A stretch of 60,250 bases of DNA, counting the filler, from Hausera hauseri (Eukaryota): NCBI GenBank assembly GCA_046269625.1. It is 10 parts of 10 records of this genome, joined end to end, with 100 filler letters (N's around TTAATTAATTAA, not from the genome) between each part and the next. Parts side by side here need not be neighbours in the genome. Positions count along the whole stretch, not along the records: positions 19,723 to 28,410 come from JBJURY010568783.1; positions 28,511 to 32,840 come from JBJURY010632552.1; positions 32,941 to 38,803 come from JBJURY010177973.1; 7 more parts are not named here. One strand, 5' to 3'. The translations under genes and the position numbers were made by a program. The first letter of the stretch is position 1; each line of letters begins with the position of its first letter. The notes below the pieces were generated by a model. It had not been told where the DNA came from. It did no database searches and saw only the letters and a program-made list of their open reading frames with translations. This document shows, in pieces, positions 23,101 through 34,778 of the stretch.

Positions 23101-26100
23101 AAACGGGCGAGTTGTGCTGCCGTGTAACATTCAACGATTGATTTCCAATGCGCAAAATATTTTCAAAATCGATTTGTTAGCCAAGACGAGTTTATCGCCG
23201 ATTCTCGTTATTGAGGAAGTCAACAGTTTATGTTCGCAATTGATCGTTGTTAGCGGTGATGATGAAATCAGCAAGAAGGCTAATCACAATGCGACGTTGT
23301 TGCTATGCTGCCTTATTCGCAGCTGCCTTTGTTCGAAAAAGGTCGTTCAGGAATACCGATTAACGCAAAAGGCATTCGAATGGATAATCGGTGAAATCAA
23401 AACGAGATTCGATAAGGCATTGGTTCATCCGGGTGAAATGGTCGGCGCATTGGCCGCAGAAAGCCTCGGTGAGCCGGCTACACAAATGACACTCAATACG
23501 TTTCATTATGCCGGCGTTTCGGCGAAAAATGTCACGCTCGGCGTGCCACGACTTAAGGAAATTATCAACGCTAGCAAAAAACCGAAAACGCCATCGTTGA
23601 CCGTTTATTTAACGGGGGGAGCTGCAAAAGACGCAGAAATGGCCAAATCCGTTGCAGCGAGATTGGAACACACGACGCTACGGAAAATCGCGTTCAAATC
23701 GGAAATCTATTACGATCCAGATCCGGAAAATTCCGTCATTGAACGAGATCAGGAATGGGTTCGAACGTATTACGAATTACCGGATTTCGATAGTTCCCAA
23801 ATGAGTCCGTTTATGTTACGAATCGTTCTCAATCGAAAGAAAATGACCGATAAAAAGCTGACGCTTCAAACGATCGCTGAAAAAATCACGGAATATTTCC
23901 ATAACGACATAATTTGCCACATGCCCGATGATAATCTGGATTTGGTTTTGCGTATTCGAATGTTGAAACGAGAGGAATTTCGGGATATTGACGACAAAGA
24001 TACGATGGAAGATCGAAAGTATTTGGAATTGATCGAAAATCTGATATTGGACGAAATTTGTTTGCAGGGAATACCGCAGATAACTCGAGTGTACATTCAT
24101 TTTCCACAAACCGATGATAAGAAAAAGATCGTTATTAGCAAAGATGGATCGTTCGAAGCAAGAAGCGAATGGTTATTGGAAACGGATGGGACTTGTTTGC
24201 AGAAGGTTTTAACGGAAAAGGACATTGACGCATATCGGACAGTTAGTAATCATATCACGGAGATCTTTGAAACGTTGGGAATAGAAGCAGCGCGAAGTGC
24301 CATTGAAAATGAAATGGTACAAGTCATATCATTCGACGGTTCTTACGTGAATTATCGACATTTGGCATTACTTTGTGAAATTATGACTCACAAAGGTTAT
24401 TTGATGTCCATCAATCGCCATGGAATTAATCGGCAAGAAACCGGAGCCCTTGCCAGGTCATCATTTGAGGAAACCGTTGATATTTTAATGGAAGCCGGTG
24501 CGCATTCGGAAATCGATCCAATCAAAGGTGTTTCCGAATCGGTAATATTGGGACAGTTGGCTCAAGTTGGAACGGGCTCATTCGATATTCTAATGAATTT
24601 CGATAAGTGTAATGAAGCCCAGGCTCTTCCAATGCTCGGTGGTATTGCTCAGAATCTCTTTATGGCCGGTGGAGCTACTCCTGTGCATATTGGCTCACCG
24701 AATATTAATGATTATTGTTCATCTTCTCCATTCGGTATTCCATATGAGGCACGATTTTCACCCAGTTCCTTTTCCGATATGGGAACTGGTAATTATGGTT
24801 ACACACCCGTTCAACGTCAACCACCGAAGGATATTCAATTACAGTCGAGCTTTCCGTTGACTCTGAATATCAGTCCTGGAAGTCCTGATAGTTATTCTAG
24901 TCCGGTTTATGGAATGGACAGTCCAGATTACCCAATGTCTCCGACGTATAGTCCAGCGAGTCCGAGATTACAACCACAATATGCCACTTCGTTTTCAAGT
25001 TCCTCATTTAACGATCCAGCTGGTGCAAGTTATAGTCCAATGAGTCCTACTTACAACCCGGTAGGTCCGGGTTTTACTCCGACATCTCCAACTTATAGTC
25101 CAACTAGTCCCAGTTACATTGGTTCATCACCGGCTTACAGTCCATTGAGTCCAACATATACACCGGGGTCACCTTCATATACTCCAGTTAGTCCAAATTA
25201 TTCACCAGTTACTTCCATACTAAGTCCAAATTACTCACCAAGCACTCCATCATACAGTCCAAGCAGTTCCAGCGTTTCTCAATCGTACAATCCACATAAT
25301 TTTGGATCAAGCGTTACGTATTCCCCGGTGACTTATTCGTCATTGTCTAAAAATTTTGCATATGCGCCATCAAATTCTTTGTTTAAACAAAACTTTATCC
25401 AGTATAAATCAGCGGCTCCATCATATTCACCGGCATCTCCATCAACAAGTACATTCTCACCGGCTTCACCGACATCTTCTCTGGGTTCAACATCATTTTC
25501 ACCGGCATCACCTACGTTTATACCAGGTTCACCGACATTTTCTCCTAGCTCTCCAACACTTTCTCCTGGGTCGCCGTCATTTTCACCAGCATCACCTACT
25601 GTTGTGCCTGGTTCACCGGGTTGTTCTCCAGCTTCACCGATTTATTCACCATGTTCACCGGTTTCTCCAACATTTAATTTTTCGCCATTATCGCCAACTT
25701 CGCCTAGTTCTTTGGCATCACCGACTTACTCACCGGCGTCTCCGCAATCGCCTTTTGGTGCTGGTACTGGATTTTTGGCGTCTCCTTCGTACTCTCCAAT
25801 GTCTCCTTCTTATTCGCCGGATACTAATTTTACTCCATCATCTCCGTCGTATTCTCCAACGTCACCCGTATCACAGGCACCATCTTATTCTCCAGTCAGT
25901 TCTAACATTCACAGAACAACATCGTTTACTACGGACTATTCTATTAGCAAGCCGAGTTATTCACCAGCCTCACGTGTGCTTTCAAATTATTCGTCTTCAG
26001 ATGTATTGTCAACTCAAAAATTTGCACCAACTACACCAAGGTATAGTTCTGTACCTTCTTCAATGTATTACTTATCCTTCTCATCGGCACCAAAGTATAC

Positions 26101-27985
26101 ATCTCCTGCCTATTACAAAACAGTTAGTGACGCAGGTTACAGGAAGGCGATAGCAGTGGAATCATTTTCTTCTAAACCTCCAGCATATTCACCGGCAACG
26201 GGGTATAACGTACTAGGTTCAAAAAAGATTGGCACAGATTCTTATTCTCCTACTTCTCCCACTTATTCCCCTATCACAGGCTATGCACCAGCTTCTTCCA
26301 AACAACCATCTGCCAAGTCATATTCACCAGCTTCACCGGTTTATTCACCAACTGCAGGATACACACCAGCTCCTTCAAAAACCCAAACAGCTAATTCCTA
26401 CTCACCTGCTTCTCCAACTTATTCACCTACTACTGGTTACGCACCAGCTCCCACAAATAGAACAGACATCGATTCATTTTCTCCGGCTTCACCGACATAT
26501 TCACCGACGGTTGGGTATGCGCCAGCTCCGAATAAAACTCAAGGCGATTCATTTTCTCCAGCTTCACCAACGTATTCTCCTACAACTGGGTATACTGCTG
26601 CTTCAAATATAGAAATGTTTTCTCCTGCTTCACCTACTTATTCTCCTTCAACCGGGTATACATTTGCTCCAACAAGAAGAACGACTACGGATTCTTTTTC
26701 TCCAGCTTCACCGACTTTTTCTCCCTCGACCGGTTATTCAGCAGCTCCTTCAAAGAAAACTATTGTGGATTCATATTCACCGGCATCACCAGTTTATTCC
26801 CCCTTTACTGGGTACGGTCCCGATAATACTGCAAATTCATATTCACCTGCTTCGCCAAATTTTTCTCCAACATTAGGATATACCAAAGATTCCTTTGGGG
26901 AAAGTTCTCCAGCTTCGCCTAGTTTTTCACAAAGCTCTGGATATGGTCCATCTGGAACGACGGATTCTCCGGCATCTCCGCCATGTGAGACTTCTCCATG
27001 TTATGTACCGGATTCTTATTCACCAACTTCTCCAGTTGACTCTGTTCCCCAAGAATCTCCGACTTCTCCTGCAGAAACACCGAGTACTCCAGCGAGTCAC
27101 TCTTTCTCTCCTGAATCGCCACCCACGTTTCAACAAAGTTCCAAGTCACAATGTTACAGCAGTACCGACATGTATTCACCACCTTATTCTTCCATCACAA
27201 CCGGTTATGCACCATCGAGTACTCATGATTCGACAAATTCTCAACAAGTTCCTGTTGATGACGCTCTATCTCCTGTCTGTCCGATCTTTTCGCCGATTGC
27301 TGAAGATTCTTATCCTCATCTATCACCACCGGATTCCCCAATGAATACCGGTTATGCACCATCGGATTCTCAGTATTTTAGTGTTGTCGATTCGTATTCA
27401 CCAATACCACTTCCATTTTCTCCAAGAGGTCCTGATTTAATTCCGACCTATTCGCAGAGCTTAATTTCTAATGATCATTCACAAAATTCGATTGAATCGA
27501 CTCCAGATTCGGAAAATCGCCAATCGGCCGTCAATGTTGGAGTAAAGACCGAGAGTTGTCCATCATCTTCACCGAACGTTGACAGCCAAATGGATCCATC
27601 AACAGTTGATTTAAAGACGGAAAGTCATTCTAATAACGACAATTCGAGTAGCTCGATAAGTAAATCCATAGGAGATGCTACAGTGAATGAACATTCTCGA
27701 GATCCACACGTTCCAATTAACACAGACGTTGAACGAATTTTGTCAGACAATACCGGCGTGACACCGATTTCACAAAATAATGCCGAATTTTCAAGTTCCC
27801 TTTCCCGAGTCTCGTTGATGTTTTTACGAACAACTTTACAAGATGACAATGATTCTATTCCAGTCGATTCTTCAATAACTGCAGACGTTGTTACTGACAT
27901 ACAAAATGCTCCTGCTGAACTCGATTCTCTTGGCAGTGCGAATGTTGCTATTACGAACGAAGATGATAATTCCAATTGTTCTTGA
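20167..27985 (+). CDS. POLR2A: DNA-directed RNA polymerase II largest subunit RPB1 (exon 1 20167-20247, intron 20248-20320, exon 2 20321-27985; about 2581 aa)
   Basis: Exon 1 [27 protein letters not shown] splices in frame to KRMSV; [61 protein letters not shown]; YSPTSPS-type CTD. Confidence 0.99.
24890..27420 (+). repeat. Degenerate CTD heptad region with higher-order repeats (about 26185-26950)
   Basis: YSP/FSP-x-SP-x heptads; about 10 units of [YF]SPASPx-[YF]SPxxGY plus an 8-12 aa spacer. Confidence 0.95.
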
Positions 27986-28214
27986 GTCTTTATAATATTG
28001 TAAAAGATGTTGTTTGTGTATAATTTAGTATTTGATAGAATTTATTTGATATTCGTAATAAATTTTAGTTTTTGTTATTTTTTATCGAATTACTGAAATA
28101 GTGCAAGTTTTCACATTTGATTTAACACTTTAACTATCCATTTTAATTCACCAGAAATTTGGAATGAATACGAGTGATAAGTTTATAGGTGTAGAAACTT
28201 GGTCTTAAACCTTA

Positions 28215-28410
28215 AACTTATTCTCTATCTTTAATAGTCTGAGTGTGGTGCCCACATTGCCCCACGCAAAAATAACAGTACATAAATCTACATATGGGAC
28301 ATAGTAAGTAAAAGGTGTTGTTTGAATGTTCCAATGGATTCAGTGGAGTAAGGAGGACTTTTTGTAAAAAGGAAATAAAATCTATTTGAGGTCTTATCAA
28401 ATCGTTCGGA
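28215..28410 (-). mobile_element. Dispersed repeat, probably the 3' end of a LINE; second copy at about 41465-41552
   Basis: About 85 bp near-identical in two contigs (GGTGCCCACATTGCCCCA.GCAA.AATAACAGTA.ATAAATCTACATATGGGACAT.GTAAGTAAAAGGTGTTGTTTGAAT); minus frame ends ..PPYSTESIGTFKQHLL..*, like CR1/L2 ORF2 termini. Confidence 0.5.
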
Positions 28411-28513
28411 NNNNNNNNNNNNNNNNNNNNNNNNNNNNNNNNNNNNNNNNNNNNTTAATTAATTAANNNNNNNNNNNNNNNNNNNNNNNNNNNNNNNNNN
28501 NNNNNNNNNNAAT

Positions 28514-31144
28514 TAGGGTGGTCCACAGTAGTATGCAAAAAAATTAACGTCGTCAAATCTTCTCTCAACAAGGCTTATTTTTATCCACTTCGTATGTTTT
28601 ACTTACCTGTAAAATTTCAGTTTAATTAAACAATATTTTGAGGTCGCCCCAGAATTATCCTTTAACTGGTTCCATTTTCGTTTAAATCTACTGCCTGCAG
28701 CCGCCGCTGTGAGTCAGCTGCCTTGTTTGAATGGTATGGCGCTTGTAAACAAACATTTTGTCATATTTAAATTCAAATTTTCATGTAATTTTGGTATATT
28801 CTTAAAATGAAAATTTGTCTGGTACATTTACTGTAGATGATTGTGAGTAGTTAGCTTCTCTGGAATCATTTAGATTGCAATTGGAACGGGCTTTGTGGGA
28901 AATCTGCCGATCAGTTGTCAACAGCAAAACTGCATATTCTGAGATTGGTCATTTTTCCTCACTTTGAAGAGGGAAAACCTTTACCTGAAAGCTACAAGTT
29001 GGCATGCGGGTCAGCTATTGCTGTATCGGATCAAGCCAGGATACCGACACAACGCAAATATTCATGCATCGGAAAGCTGAAGAAACTATATGAAGAGTAC
29101 TTATCCCTAAAGAAACACAGAGCTAAACAACGGAAAAGTGATAAACAGAATGAAAAAATCTTTAAAAGTAAACTCAAACAGCTATTCCATAATGCCACAA
29201 AAGATGTTTTGACTGAACTCAAAAAAGAAGAAGACCGAGAATTTCTACAAAAAAGGCGGAACGTGTTTTCTTGCAGAATGAGCGGAGTTGACCTTCAAAC
29301 AACTGATAAAAAATGCAAAAAAGACAGCACGAAAAAAAGAAAACTCTGACAAAAGTAAGATATGAAGAAAGGCAGACGAAAGCAATTTCCAGTCCAACAT
29401 CGAAATTTTCTTCATCACCATCTACTGAGTCTGAAAGCGAAGATGAATATCAATCTGTGAAATCAGTATCTATTGAGATTGTCAGTAATGATGCAGTAAT
29501 AAAAACACCAAAGAATATCTTCACATCCCCTGTAGTTGTTGAATCTTTCGATAGAGTCAATCTTTCTGACTGGAGTGCGGTATTTGTTGCAGGTGCCATT
29601 GTTCAGGCTCTCGATCATGAAATTCCTGATACAACATTACCTAGAAGTTCAATCAGACGATGTCGAATGCAAATTAGAAGAGATGTTGCAACAGCAAAAG
29701 AAACAAAAATTTCCTTTAAAGGTCCTCTTCTTTTACACTGGGATGGAAAATTGTTACCGGATATAAATGGATCAAAGGTAGACCGATGTGCTATAACTGT
29801 TACTGGAAATGGGGATGAAACGTTACTGGGTATACAAAAGATAGGGAAAGGAACAGGAGAGGCGCAAGCAAATGCTTGTGTTGATGCTATCAAGAAATGA
29901 TACCTTAGTTCAAACAATAAAGGTCTTGTCTTTGATACAACAGCAAGCAATGCAATACTTTGCAAAGGGCCATGTGTCCGACTTGAACATTTTTGCGGAA
30001 CTACATGTGTCGCCATCATGTAATGGAAGTCATGCTGTCTGACGTCTCCTGTTGTCTGTTTGGCTCAACTGAAAGCCCACAAACAGAACTTTTCAAGCGA
30101 TTCCAGAAGCAGTGACCATTAATAAATCAGTCTAGTCTTGCAGCTGCAAGTGATAATCTCTTTCACGATCCTGTACTGGGCAACCTATACCGAGAAATCC
30201 TCGGTTATTTGTCTCGTGCTCTTGAAGCACAACAACCACGTTATGATTATTAGAAAATATTTCACTTGTCTCTCTTGTTCCTTGGTGCACAATATCCTGG
30301 TAAAGTAATTCGAGTACTGGACTATACATATCACGCGCGATGGATGGGGAGAGCCATTTACACACTGAAGTTATCACTATTCAGAACAGTTTCAGATGAC
30401 AGCACGGCAACTCAGCAACATAACAGACTTGGCTTTGTTTGTCAGTGTTGTGTATGTAAGATACTGGAATGAAGCGCCAATTGGAATTATGGCTCTATAC
30501 AATGACGTTGAACTAATGTTTGTTCTCACCATATATCCAAATAAACCATTTCCATATAAGGCACACGCAGCTATTTCCAGACATCTGTGGTTTCTGACCG
30601 AGCCAATGGTTGTATTTTTGGATTACAGAATCCGACCAGAAACAAAACTGCTAATGGTGTAAAACTTACAGCGTCCACCATTACCAGACATTCCACGGCG
30701 CCTCAAACGTACAGATGAAGCAGAACCTGTCGTCTTTGAGGATCTTGTAACACAAAGAACACAATTATTTTTTAATCTCTTGATTGAAGAAGGATCAACA
30801 AAAACAAAATCATTCTTGGAGTGGACCTTACTGAGTAGACTGATGATCCAGTTTTCAAGGAACCTTGGAACCAGGCATCCAAAGTGATGGTTGTTAACGA
30901 CGCCGCTAAATGTGGGATATATCTAATTGAAAAATACAATAATACTTTGACAAAAGATGAAGAACAAAAGCAGTTTGTTCTTCGACTGGTGGCAAGTTAC
31001 CGAAAGAAATTTCCTTCTGCACCAAATACAGCTGTTATGTCATAGACCACTGACTATTTGTCATGTGTACAGACACCGCAGTGCAATAGACTGTTAAGTT
31101 TAAGCTGTTGCAGTTAAACATTTTGTAAGGTGGAGTTACCCCTA
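28514..31144 (+). mobile_element. hATm-like DNA transposon with decayed transposase (about 28837-31045)
   Basis: LHWDGKLL, GTGEAQA, VFDTTASN, CRHH.ME, HARWMGRAIY.LK, RHLWFL, VVNDAA motifs across frameshifts; termini TAGGGTGGTCCAC and (reverse complement) TAGGGGTAACTCCAC. Confidence 0.8.
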
Positions 31145-31479
31145 AGCTGTGTCTGTTTGCTTTAAAATTTTATGTACTTATCATTTCTGTGACAAGAAAC
31201 AAAACCACCCGAATATATATTGATACAATATTGACTAATAACAAATATATAAAAGTCAAACACAATGGCCTATTAAAATTACTTAACACATTGAGCATCG
31301 CATTTCGAGTGAATTACTTAATGCATGGTACAGAAAATGTTTACCGATGGGAAAAAATAAACAACTTCATGAAACTCAATTTATTCTGAATAAAATACAA
31401 ATAATAAGTTCTAAAACTGTTCAAAGACCTGTGAAAAGTAGCTAAGGGAATGATAAATTAAAAAATTTAAAAATCATCT

Positions 31480-31722
31480 CTATAAAGCGTTTTCATTGAT
31501 ACGTCTCAGTTTTTCGTTAATGAGCTTCGAACTTTGTTCCCATAGAAGTTCGGCTAAAGTTTTATTATGTACCTCCGGATTACGAGAAATATGTGGTTTA
31601 CACTCACTGAAATATTGACCGGTGTATTTCAATAGATCTGGGTCGACAGCACAACAGATGCTTGTCTGCGCACCTTCAATTGGTGTTTTCATAAGGAAAT
31701 ATTTTGATATTTGAGTAAGCGG
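31480..31722 (-). CDS. Last exon of a retinol dehydrogenase 11-14-like short-chain dehydrogenase
   Basis: KTPIEGAQTSICCAVDPDL..TGQYFSECK..AELLWEQS; AG acceptor at 31724-31723. Confidence 0.85.
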   Translation of the reverse strand, partial: PLTQISKYFLMKTPIEGAQTSICCAVDPDLLKYTGQYFSECKPHISRNPEVHNKTLAELLWEQSSKLINEKLRRINENAL

Positions 31723-32940
31723 CTAGACAAATGAATATCAGGACAAAATGTAATGAATTTTAAACGATAGAATTTTATGAAAAATCGGGGTCCATAGAAG
31801 TTTTAAGAGGTCCACAAAAATTGTATTTCAGTGTCCATGGTATAAACTAAGGGGAGTATGATAAAATATGACTAATTAATTAATTTAATAATAATGTCAT
31901 AGAAGTCTAGAAATTAATGGTTAAAGGATATTCATATTTTCTGGAACCATTGTTAGTTAACGGAAAAAATTCTATCCATAGAACATTCTCGATGAAGAAA
32001 TCATTATTTGAGCACCAATTAATCAGCCAATCAAATGTGTTCGTTTCATTCTATAGTGAGTAATCGATATCGTAGTGGTGAACTTTGATATTTGTCGTAT
32101 TGAATATGATTGATAAAATGAACTATGTTAGGTTATACTTTTAAAAACAGCTATTTAAAGTAAACCGTGGGTTGATGTAGAGTATATTCAATGTTTCGTA
32201 AATGATAGGAAATAAAGTTAAATTACAAAAGAATGCGTTTATTGTTGTGGAACCATGATCCAGGATATTCCAGGTTTCCGGTCCCGCAACCATTAAGTGT
32301 TTTAATATGAATTAATATATTTTCCTCCATAACATTTCCGTGTACTCAGCTTCATCATTTTTCCTGTGTAAACATTTCACACATTAAAGATATCTTGGTG
32401 GTTGGAAACTGAGAAAAAGTGTAGACTGAAAAATCATTACCTGGGAAAACTTTTAGTGATAAATTTCCTACCAAAAACTATGTGGACATTGTCAGTGCTC
32501 ANNNNNNNNNNCCTCCTGCTGTAGCTTGCTTTTAAATGAAATCTTCGCTTTCAAACTTTTACGTACTCGCACTAACAACAAAAGCAACATCAACAACAAC
32601 AATAATAAGTTAATAAACAAGAATCCTTGGGAGACCGATAGGCTACTTCATTGACGGGAGTCTACTTTCTCGCAGTCACTGCTACGCACTGAAACAATCT
32701 TTCACAGATATCGTCCAGATATATTTTTGTACATTTAATGCCTTCGCCGGGAATGGATCTTGTCCGAAGATCCTAAGCGTCTCGCACTAACAAGAAAAAT
32801 TACTAAATACCCTTGATACATCGAGTCATGTGTAAAATGCNNNNNNNNNNNNNNNNNNNNNNNNNNNNNNNNNNNNNNNNNNNNTTAATTAATTAANNNN
32901 NNNNNNNNNNNNNNNNNNNNNNNNNNNNNNNNNNNNNNNN

Positions 32941-33153
32941 GAATATTTGTTTTGTCGAATTGGTGAAGGAAATCAAGTGCTGTTCATGGACATTGGAAAA
33001 GTCTGCATATTTGGTTTGGGACACTACCTCACATGTAGGGCATATATAATACTGAACCATGTTATGTAGATGGCCAAAGTACTTCTTCATAATGCTGTGG
33101 CAATTTTCAGGCTCATGAATTTGAGTTATGCAATCGCTGTAGAGTTTGCACAT
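32941..33153 (-). CDS. Internal exon of an unknown gene, possibly a USP-family zinc ribbon
   Basis: Preceded by a TTTTAG acceptor; IMKKYF..QYYICPTCEVVS...F resembles the USP finger CxxC region. Confidence 0.25.
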
Positions 33154-33324
33154 CTAAAAATCAACCAATTATTTTAAGGAGAACAATAAAAAAATTCACC
33201 ATTCATTGTAGTGATTTTGGAAATAATGAAATATATTGCCATATTAACTTGCACTGCTCCGCTTATTGATCGGTTTTAATGCACTTTTTTAATGCATCAA
33301 TTAAATTAAATACAAGGCGGAACC

Positions 33325-34778
33325 AAATTTTAGGTTTTCCTATATGTGGAATCGAATTCCGTTATCTGATTCTTCGAATAATGCATTCTTAACCAAATAT
33401 TCGAGTTCGAATCGATAATTATTCGAATTTGAAGCTCGATTTAAAATATTTGACATCATATTCCTAATCACAATATACGTGTTCCTATCTATCTGTGCTT
33501 AAAGATTTATTGATTTCAATGTGCTTTACCTTCAAATTCACCTCAGTTGCTTAATCAATATAAGAATTATTTAGCATTTATTATGTACTTTTACCATATT
33601 GGAAAAACCTTGTTTTATACAGCGCGGTGCACTGCATCGCACTAATATCGATTGTCCTACAGGTTTTCGACCATGGGAAATCGAATGATATCATTAGATT
33701 CTTTGAATAATGCATGCTTTACCGAATATTCGAGTTCGAAGAGCTAAGTATTCGACATGTTAGCTTGAATTCGAATATCTAACATCATATTCCAGTGCAA
33801 CATAAATGACTTCCTATCCGTCCCGCTATTAGATTTATCAATTTCCACTTCACTGGGCTTTAAATGCACATTTTACTTAATTCGAAATATTGATTTTATA
33901 TTTATATAGTACATTTTCACAGAATAATTTTTATGAATAAGATAATCGATTGCCGCTGTTAGATTTTTCGAGTAGTTCGATATTCGATATTCGAGCTCGA
34001 AAATATTCAAATTTCGAATATCTGACTCGAGATTCCAGATCGCCATAGTCGACTTCCTATCTGTCCCCGCTAATTATAATATCGAATGCGGGGCCTAAAA
34101 ACTTATGCGGGTTCTCCCTCAGTTGCACTTTGGATCGAAATTATTCGAGAACTAATCGATAAATTTAAATTCTAACTGCACATTCATATACTGCACCATG
34201 TTTCCAATCGATCCCATCCGGTCACATGTCCTTATCATCAATAATGAAAATATCAGAAATTCTATATTATTGATTTTTGCACACTTTCACACATGTTTTT
34301 GCACTGCAGATCATCCATCAAGGTGCATGTCGATGTGCTCTATCTATCTGCACTTGATCCCGATCGATTCCATCAATCCTACGCTGTATAATTACCAAAA
34401 TGTGAAAAGTGAAAAAGTGCCTTGGCAACCGTATCCAGAAGCACACATAACACGAGTATTTCACTAAACGAAAGAACATCAAGTACTGCACCTGCCAGTA
34501 TATGTGTCATATTACTATTATTGATTTTCAATTTATAGCGGAAAGCCCCTCGGAAGCCTGGCCCAGTTGGCAATTATTCGAAAACCAATCAATATATTTA
34601 AATTCTAACTGCACACAGACACAGTGCATTATGTGTGCTACCAATTGCACCCGTTGCCGTGCCCCAATAATCAATATTAGAAATTTCGGAAATCCGATAT
34701 TATTGATTTTTGCACATTTGCACATATGCTGCACACCTGCACTGTGTACCAATCGATGCGCAAAGATGTGCACTATCG
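33325..34778 (+). repeat. Two sets of diverged direct repeats (periods about 330 and 433 bp), rich in TCGA and TGCA
   Basis: GAATAATGCAT...AATATTCGAGTTCGAA..ACATCATATTCC..TTCCTATC at about 33375/33705 with a third partial copy near 33990; AATTATTCGA..TTTAAATTCTAACTGCACA..TATTATTGATTTTTGCACA at about 34139/34572. Confidence 0.8.

Noticed and set aside
26185-26950. CRISPR-like repeat-spacer periodicity
   Set aside because: Repeats vary at synonymous positions and lie in frame within RPB1; they are protein repeats and no cas genes are present.
25356-27344. His/Arg/Leu-rich ORFs (265, 127, 149 aa) overlapping the CTD
   Set aside because: Alternative-frame shadows of Ser/Pro codon repeats.
32640-32800. 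IYLDDI on the minus strand as an RT motif
   Set aside because: Isolated hexapeptide without flanking RT motifs.
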